Positions 53,511 through 64,000 of a stretch of 64,000 nt of DNA are shown piece after piece (positions within the stretch are counted from its first letter, which is position 1; each line of letters starts with the position of its first letter). The stretch is taken from the NCBI GenBank assembly GCA_002269645.1, contig NIVC01000173.1, positions 558,001 through 622,000 of the forward strand, written 5' to 3'. This stretch comes from Macrostomum lignano (Eukaryota). A model generated the notes under the pieces. That model searched no databases and was not told where the DNA came from. It saw only the letters and a program-made list of their open reading frames with translations. Made by a program: the position numbers and the translations under genes.

Positions 53511-53985
53511 AAACAACACGAGAAACAGCCGATTGAAAATGAAAGTGATGCTACTATTGTTTACCATTTTAATTAATAATCAATAAGCAATATTGTGGAT
53601 TCCGTTAGCAAGAACGCGAGTCAATCAGTGTTACAATAAAGGGCAAAATGAGGCCATTATCAGCGAAAGGATTTCGTTTCCGGTCGGAAAAAACCGCCTG
53701 ACTAACATCGCGTAGTGTTGAAATTTGAAACAGTCAATTATGAAAAGCCTAGTTAAAAAAACTTTGAAAAAAGCGGTCAGGTTGAACAATTTGTGGTAGA
53801 CGAAACCGGATGTTGAAAAAGTAATTTTGGAAGATTTTGTAGACTTATTTCACGAATAAATATAATCAAGAATATTTATAATGCTAACAAATTAAATTAT
53901 AAAATGTGCAACATAAAGTTTGTTAAAACCGGTTTATAATAAATATTAATTGAAAAAGCTCACGGCACTAAACTAGAAAATTTAC

Positions 53986-54528
53986 TTGAAGGATCTGGAA
54001 GGCTGGCCCAGAAACTGAAGTCTGAGAGGCTGGCCCAGCAACTGAGGATCTGGAAGGCTGGCCCAGCAACTGAAAGTCTGAGAGGCTGGCCCAGCAACTG
54101 GGGATCTGAGAGGCTGGCCCAGCAACTGAGGATCTGAGAGGCTGGCCCAGCAACTGAGGATCTGAGAGGCTGGCCCAGCAACTGAGGATCTGGGAGGCTG
54201 GCCCAGCAACTGAGGATCTGAGAGGCTGGCCCAGCAACTGAGGATCTGGGAGGCTGGCCCAGCAACTGAGGATCTGAGAGGCTGGCCCAGCAACTGAGGA
54301 TCTGGGAGGCTGGCCCAGCAACTGAGGATCTGAGAGGCTGGCCCAGCAACTGAGGATCTGAGAGGCTGGCCCAGCAACTGAGGATCTGGGAGGCTGGCCC
54401 AGCAACTGAGGATCTGAGAGGCTGGCCCAGCAACTGAGGATCTGAGAGGCTGGCCCAGCAACTGAGGATCTGGGAGGCTGGCCCAGCAACTGAGGATCTG
54501 AGAGGCTGGCCCAGCAACTGAGGATCTG
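53986..54528 (-). repeat. 28-nt minisatellite family, copy 3
   Basis: Very homogeneous; reverse complement of the 11311 unit. Confidence 0.95.
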
Positions 54529-54996
54529 TTGTTAAAAAAACCGTAACTTTTCCAACTAGCAATAGTCATTGTGTTGTATAAATGGCATGCATTGCAACAG
54601 ATTTATTGTTATACGAGCTAAGGTAATACAAAAAGAAAATTTAAATAAATAGTAACAAACCTGTCTAAGCATCGTATAAAAAAGAATTCATGTTGCCCTC
54701 TGAATAAGAATTAGAAACGGAATATTGATATTTATACGAATATTCGATCAGAAACCAAGCACAGAAAGTTCCGTGTGTACTTCTAAAACATCGAACAGTC
54801 TATACTTTTATTTATCAAGCCACTTAGCGATGTTGACACAGTCTGCAATATACATTTAAAAAACTTGCTATGAAAGATGATTGAATGATTGATTTAAATT
54901 GATCAAAATAAATAAATACTCATATTGATACGCGGAGCAATAAATATTATAGTTGAATATAAAAAATTAGTTACTCGGCAGCAGTGCTTCATCAAG

Positions 54997-59416
<4,420 letters not shown>

Positions 59417-59673
59417 TGTTGCTTTTTTTAAGATTGCAGCATAAAGCAAGGGCAATTATTATAGCGATTTCATAATCAGTGGTAGCACACCATAAAATAA
59501 TTTTTACTGTATTTATATATCTAGTAGTTGTACCTAATTTTTCCCATAGCATTTCCATATCCAATATCCATATCTATAGCTAATTCATTTCCTATAAATT
59601 TAAATGATGTTAAATCCAATGACAAGCAGTCCCTCCATGATTCATTATAACATATTGGGGAATATATTAAGGA

Positions 59674-59975
59674 TAGAGTTGTAGCCAAGTGGATAGAGGG
59701 TCGAACTCATGACTTTGATTCCTGATCCCATTGGAACAATCTGTCTCCTTGAGCAAGACACTTAACTCTGCATTGCTTCAGTTCACCCAGCTGTAAGATG
59801 GGTGCCAGCATGGGCTGGGGTAATTGAGGCTGTGTGGCGACCCCCCAGTCCTTGGACTGAACAGCCATATGCAGCCTTCAGATGCGCCACACAATTGCTA
59901 TGGCTGAGCTGTCAGTTGCACATGTGCCCATTAGGGCAGGTGTAATCAATGAATAGTGTAATTAATTATTATTAT
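59674..59975 (+). mobile_element. tRNA-derived CORE-like SINE, copy 3 (more diverged head)
   Basis: TAGCCAAGTGG..GTCTCCTTGAGCAAGACACTTAACTCTGCATTGCTTCAGTTCACCCAGCTGTAAGATGGG..; aligns by eye to copies 1 and 2. Confidence 0.9.
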
Positions 59976-61529
59976 ATTGAAGAAGTAAAGAGCCAACTGC
60001 ATTTATCTCAACTTTACAGCCTCTATCATCCCAACCACATAATATGGACATAGCATTGAAAATCCCATTCTCTTGCTTGCTTTAAACTCCTACTCTAACT
60101 ATTTTATTGCACTCTTATTGCAACTACCACTAATATTTATCTTGACAAACATAGTGCTAATAACTAGCTACTTATAGTAAGCCTTGTGCACCATGATGCT
60201 ACTAAACTAGATTGTTAACCACAATTTGCTGAACTTGCCTAAACCTAATATCAATAAATGTAAACCTTTTTTTCTTTGATCAATAAGCTATACAGTATTA
60301 TTTTTATTAAATATTTTGCCCTTGGGTTTTTTTGCCAAAATTGTTATGCCATTAAAATCATTATGCCATTTTCAATTTCAACATGCCATTGGCATAAAAT
60401 GTAAAATAGCACTTTGTGAGCCCATATTACTGTTTCCTTACAGATTCAGATGGGAGTGATAATAGCTTTCCAGTTTGAAAACTAGCAAGTATATATAATA
60501 AACAACATGACAAGGATTTAGCAAATATTTGAACAAATTTAAAAGCAAAACTGAAATTTGGAATTGGGGATTCAGCATGACAATTTGGCAATAGCATAAT
60601 GGCAAAAAATGTTGTCATTTTGTCATAACAGTATCAAAATCATTATACCATTTTTAATTTCAATATGTCATAGCAATAGCATGCCTATGACACAAAAAAC
60701 CTAGCTTTGCTCATGGGACATAAAATAACTTATTATCAACTCCAAGCAAGCTTTGAGAACTTAATGGTCTATTATATCAACTAGGTAGTATTAGCACAAT
60801 GCTACTATTAGTAGGGCCTAAGCTTTTTTGCAAACTAACATACATTAAGATTTAGCATATAGGACCTAAATGTTTGTGCCTAATTAAGACTGCTTGACTA
60901 CAACTTTAATTACCATCCCTTTGGAATTGAGGACCCTAGTAGATAGTAACCCAGCAAACAAATTCATAAGATTTGACTACACTATTTTTTGGCTTTAAAT
61001 ATGCAAAATGCAAACTCCAACATAAATACCAATGGCAATTCAAAGTTTTCTAAACTGCCTCAAATTTTAACTTTGCAAACTGCCCCTAGGCTCTACCTCA
61101 ATATATTATTGTGTTATATACTTATATAGTCATTAAAAGGAACTTTTATCTAATCTAAATAAGCTAAAAATAGCCTACTAAATAGAGAAAATACAAAAAA
61201 TGATGAAAAAAGAGCTAAATAAATTAGAAAACATGCCAGGTATTAAAAAGTATCATTATATAATAGTTTATAATATTTTGTTAAAATATTATGAATTATG
61301 CATTATTTATATTTTTATATTTATATTTTTATTATATGCAAATGAGGGCTTTTGCCCTCATTTTTGAAATTTCATATGTGCAGGGCAATCTATAATTGTA
61401 CGAGTAATAATGTTTTTAAATTCGTGCCTAAACGCTAAGTAAATAGTTTGTTATACTGTACGATTTTCTCATAATATTTTACAAATATAATTTTTGTTTT
61501 AATCTACAAGTAAAATTAGTATAAATACA

Positions 61530-61760
61530 AGCAAATTTGGCGGAGGAAGAACAAACCTCGCGCATCGCAGTTCGCAATAAGCAATTGATAGCAAATAGAA
61601 GAGTTCTGAGAAAATAAGAATTGAAGAAGTGTTTTTCTGTATTCATTCCTTTAAGAAGTAAGAGTGAAGTAGACGAAGGTATGTACCGTATATACTACTA
61701 AGAAGGAAAGTGTTGAGTAGTAAGAAGTTGCGAAGTAGATCTGAAGTAAGACGTGTAAGA
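61530..61760. promoter_or_regulatory. Candidate promoter / 5' non-coding exon (CpG-retaining patch)
   Basis: Local CpG cluster (TTTGGCGG, CTCGCGCATCGCAGTTCGC) within otherwise CpG-void DNA; plus-strand donor-like GAAG|GTATGT at ~61678; 2 kb upstream of CAP. No direct evidence of transcription. Confidence 0.3.
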
Positions 61761-62745
61761 ATAATGGAGGCTATGACCCTCTGATCTCGGTAATGCCCAA
61801 GGACTTGCAAAGTACATGAAATACATATACCAGTAAGCCAAAATACCGCTCAGGCCATTAGATAAGTAGAACGCTACCAGAATAATAGAACGCTACCAAA
61901 ATAATCAGAAGAGTAAAATCTTTCAGGGCTAACAGTTTTTCTAAGAATAATACTCAGACTAAATACTCAGACTAAATACTTAGACTAAATACTCAGACCT
62001 ATTCTAAGAAACATTCTAGGATTATTCTAAGATTGATAACCTCATAATTTATTAATAGGATAATCCTGGTGGCAGCTATCAACCTAAGAAGAACACTTAA
62101 GAGAATAGTAAATTAGCACTGTAACAACTTTGGTGGCATAACGGTGAAATTCTTAGAGCCAAAAGGCCTGTTACAACTTAGTGTCTCAGTGGTGGGATTC
62201 TCAGTGTATAGGAATCACCACTGTAACAACTTTGGTACCAGCAGTGGGATAACTAAAGAGGGAAGCAAACCCCTGTAACATATATATTAATATATAATTG
62301 CACAAAGAAGACATCTTTTATTATTTATTCCTAATTACAAATTTTATGTTTGTCACTATCTGATTTTAAACAAAAAAGCTTACTTACAAAAAGGTAGTAT
62401 ATGAAATTATTTCATACCTTATTTAGCTATATGACTACCTATAGGGCTAGTCTAGGCTATTTACAAACAAAATAGAAAATTTCCAAAGCACAACTCTCGT
62501 GTGAGTAGAGTCAGTGCCAGATAAACCTGCTCCAGTGGGGGGTCAAAATAATAAAACTGTTGTCAATAGGGCCTAGTTCCATGCTAATTGCCAAACTTTG
62601 CCCTCAATGCATGTATAGGGCCTAGCTAGTTAGTGTAGGGCTATGTGAATCATTCATTTACCCATCCATCTATATTCTATACGTTGCTTAATTACCTAAA
62701 ATATTGAAGGGCCTATTCAACACTTTTTATACCCAATGCAGGGAT

Positions 62746-63611
62746 CAGTGTTGGGCACTTCCGTTACCGAGTAACTTGCAAATGGTAACGCAAGTTACTT
62801 TTTCGTAAAGCGTTCCTTACGCAAGTTACTTTTTTATTTTAGTAACGGAGTAACGGTAAGTTACTCAAATTTCAGAAGTCCGTTACAGTTACTTTGCAAC
62901 AATCGCAATATTTAAATTTAAAACTGAAATGCTTAGCTATTACGCCGGTTGTCACATTTTTTTTGCATTTTTCATTCCTAATTCAAAATTAAGTGAATAG
63001 TATCATTTGGTATTGCGCTTTAATTAATGAAGAAATACTTAAAACATGTTTTGCTTAGTTATAATTTCAGTAAAATATTTTCGCCTTTCATTTTATTTTT
63101 CAATTTTTATTTCTCATTTTCAATTTACTAAAAATTTTCAAGTTTGATTCAAACAAACAACCAAAGAAAGAAATTCGTCTGTAGCCTCCACAAGTCCCTC
63201 CACTGGCACTGCAGTACACTACACCATTTTATACAGTTATTTATTTTACTCTATTGAATTATTGATATTCGTTTATTTTATCATTTATAATTTTAATTAT
63301 TGATTGCCATTGCCCATCGGTCCTTCTACTTGCCTCACATCGTGTCGCCAATTGCTGTCTCTGTCTGTTAATCGGTTAATCCCAATGCCCAATGGCAAAT
63401 TTCGGTAACAACAATGTAAAAAAATGCAATGTGAAAAAAGCAGAAAATTTTGTTAATAACATGGGTAACGGAAGTGAGTAACGGACAGTAACTTAAAAGT
63501 TACCGGGTTTTTGTCTAAAGTTACTAGGCTAACGTAAGTTACTTTTTAAAAATTGGTAACTTAAGTTACAGTAACGCAAGTTACTTTTTTTGAGTAACTT
63601 GCCCAACACTG
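62746..63611. mobile_element. Non-autonomous hAT-superfamily MITE (866 bp) with 12-bp TIR and perfect 8-bp TSD
   Basis: CAGTGTTGGGCA...TGCCCAACACTG; GCAGGGAT at 62738-62745 and 63612-63619; many subterminal GTAAC/GTTAC motifs; no ORF. Confidence 0.92.
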
Positions 63612-64000
63612 GCAGGGATGCAGCTTGACTACAAATGCTAATTATCAATATTCTACAGCACTGACACAGTGAGAGTGACTGGGCAAACAAGTCAAAAACT
63701 ACGAGCGCTGTCAGCTTCTATAATGAACGTTTTGGCCGAGGAAGCATTATCATTCGGATAATGGCCTCTTGTCTATACACGACAAAAATTAAAAAAATAG
63801 TTCTGAATGACGATCTCAACAAATAGTCGATTCTGTTAAACTATATAATATATCAAAGCTTCGAACAATGATCACAGAATTATACCTGACTTTTACGTCA
63901 CGTTAGTTGCAAATTCATAAAAGTTAAGAAAAGGAAAGCGTAGCCCATTCATCAATTATACGATACCATTTAAATTTTTATAGTTTTCGTGTGAAACAAA

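Overview
Eukaryotic (animal) genomic DNA. GC/CpG-rich exons, a very high density of minisatellites and splice acceptors abutting start codons suggest a free-living flatworm such as Macrostomum; this is inference only. Seven spliced protein-coding genes can be reconstructed with GT-AG junctions in consistent phase. On + they are a CREBL2-like bZIP, TMEM222 and an unnamed 3xPHD+RING protein. On - they are a DEG/ENaC channel split by a 9.5-kb intron, WDR60/DYNC2I1, DGCR6 and a cyclase-associated protein (CAP) that carries two N-terminal helical domains instead of one. Between and inside the genes are about 30 minisatellite/microsatellite arrays, which account for most long ORFs in the track. Mobile elements include three tRNA-derived CORE-like SINEs, a decayed Ty3/Gypsy pol, a decayed Tc1/mariner transposase, a truncated RTE LINE with TSD inside a minisatellite, a hAT MITE with perfect 8-bp TSD and two probable LTR remnants. 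Best leads: the double-HFD CAP, operon/trans-splicing-like gene clusters, one 28-nt array family always found downstream of stop codons in the same sense, sharp CpG-void domains, a CpG-decayed Penelope-type hammerhead inside a palindrome, and a cluster of tRNA-Leu PBS motifs. All assignments are by eye and from recalled family motifs; no database search was run.
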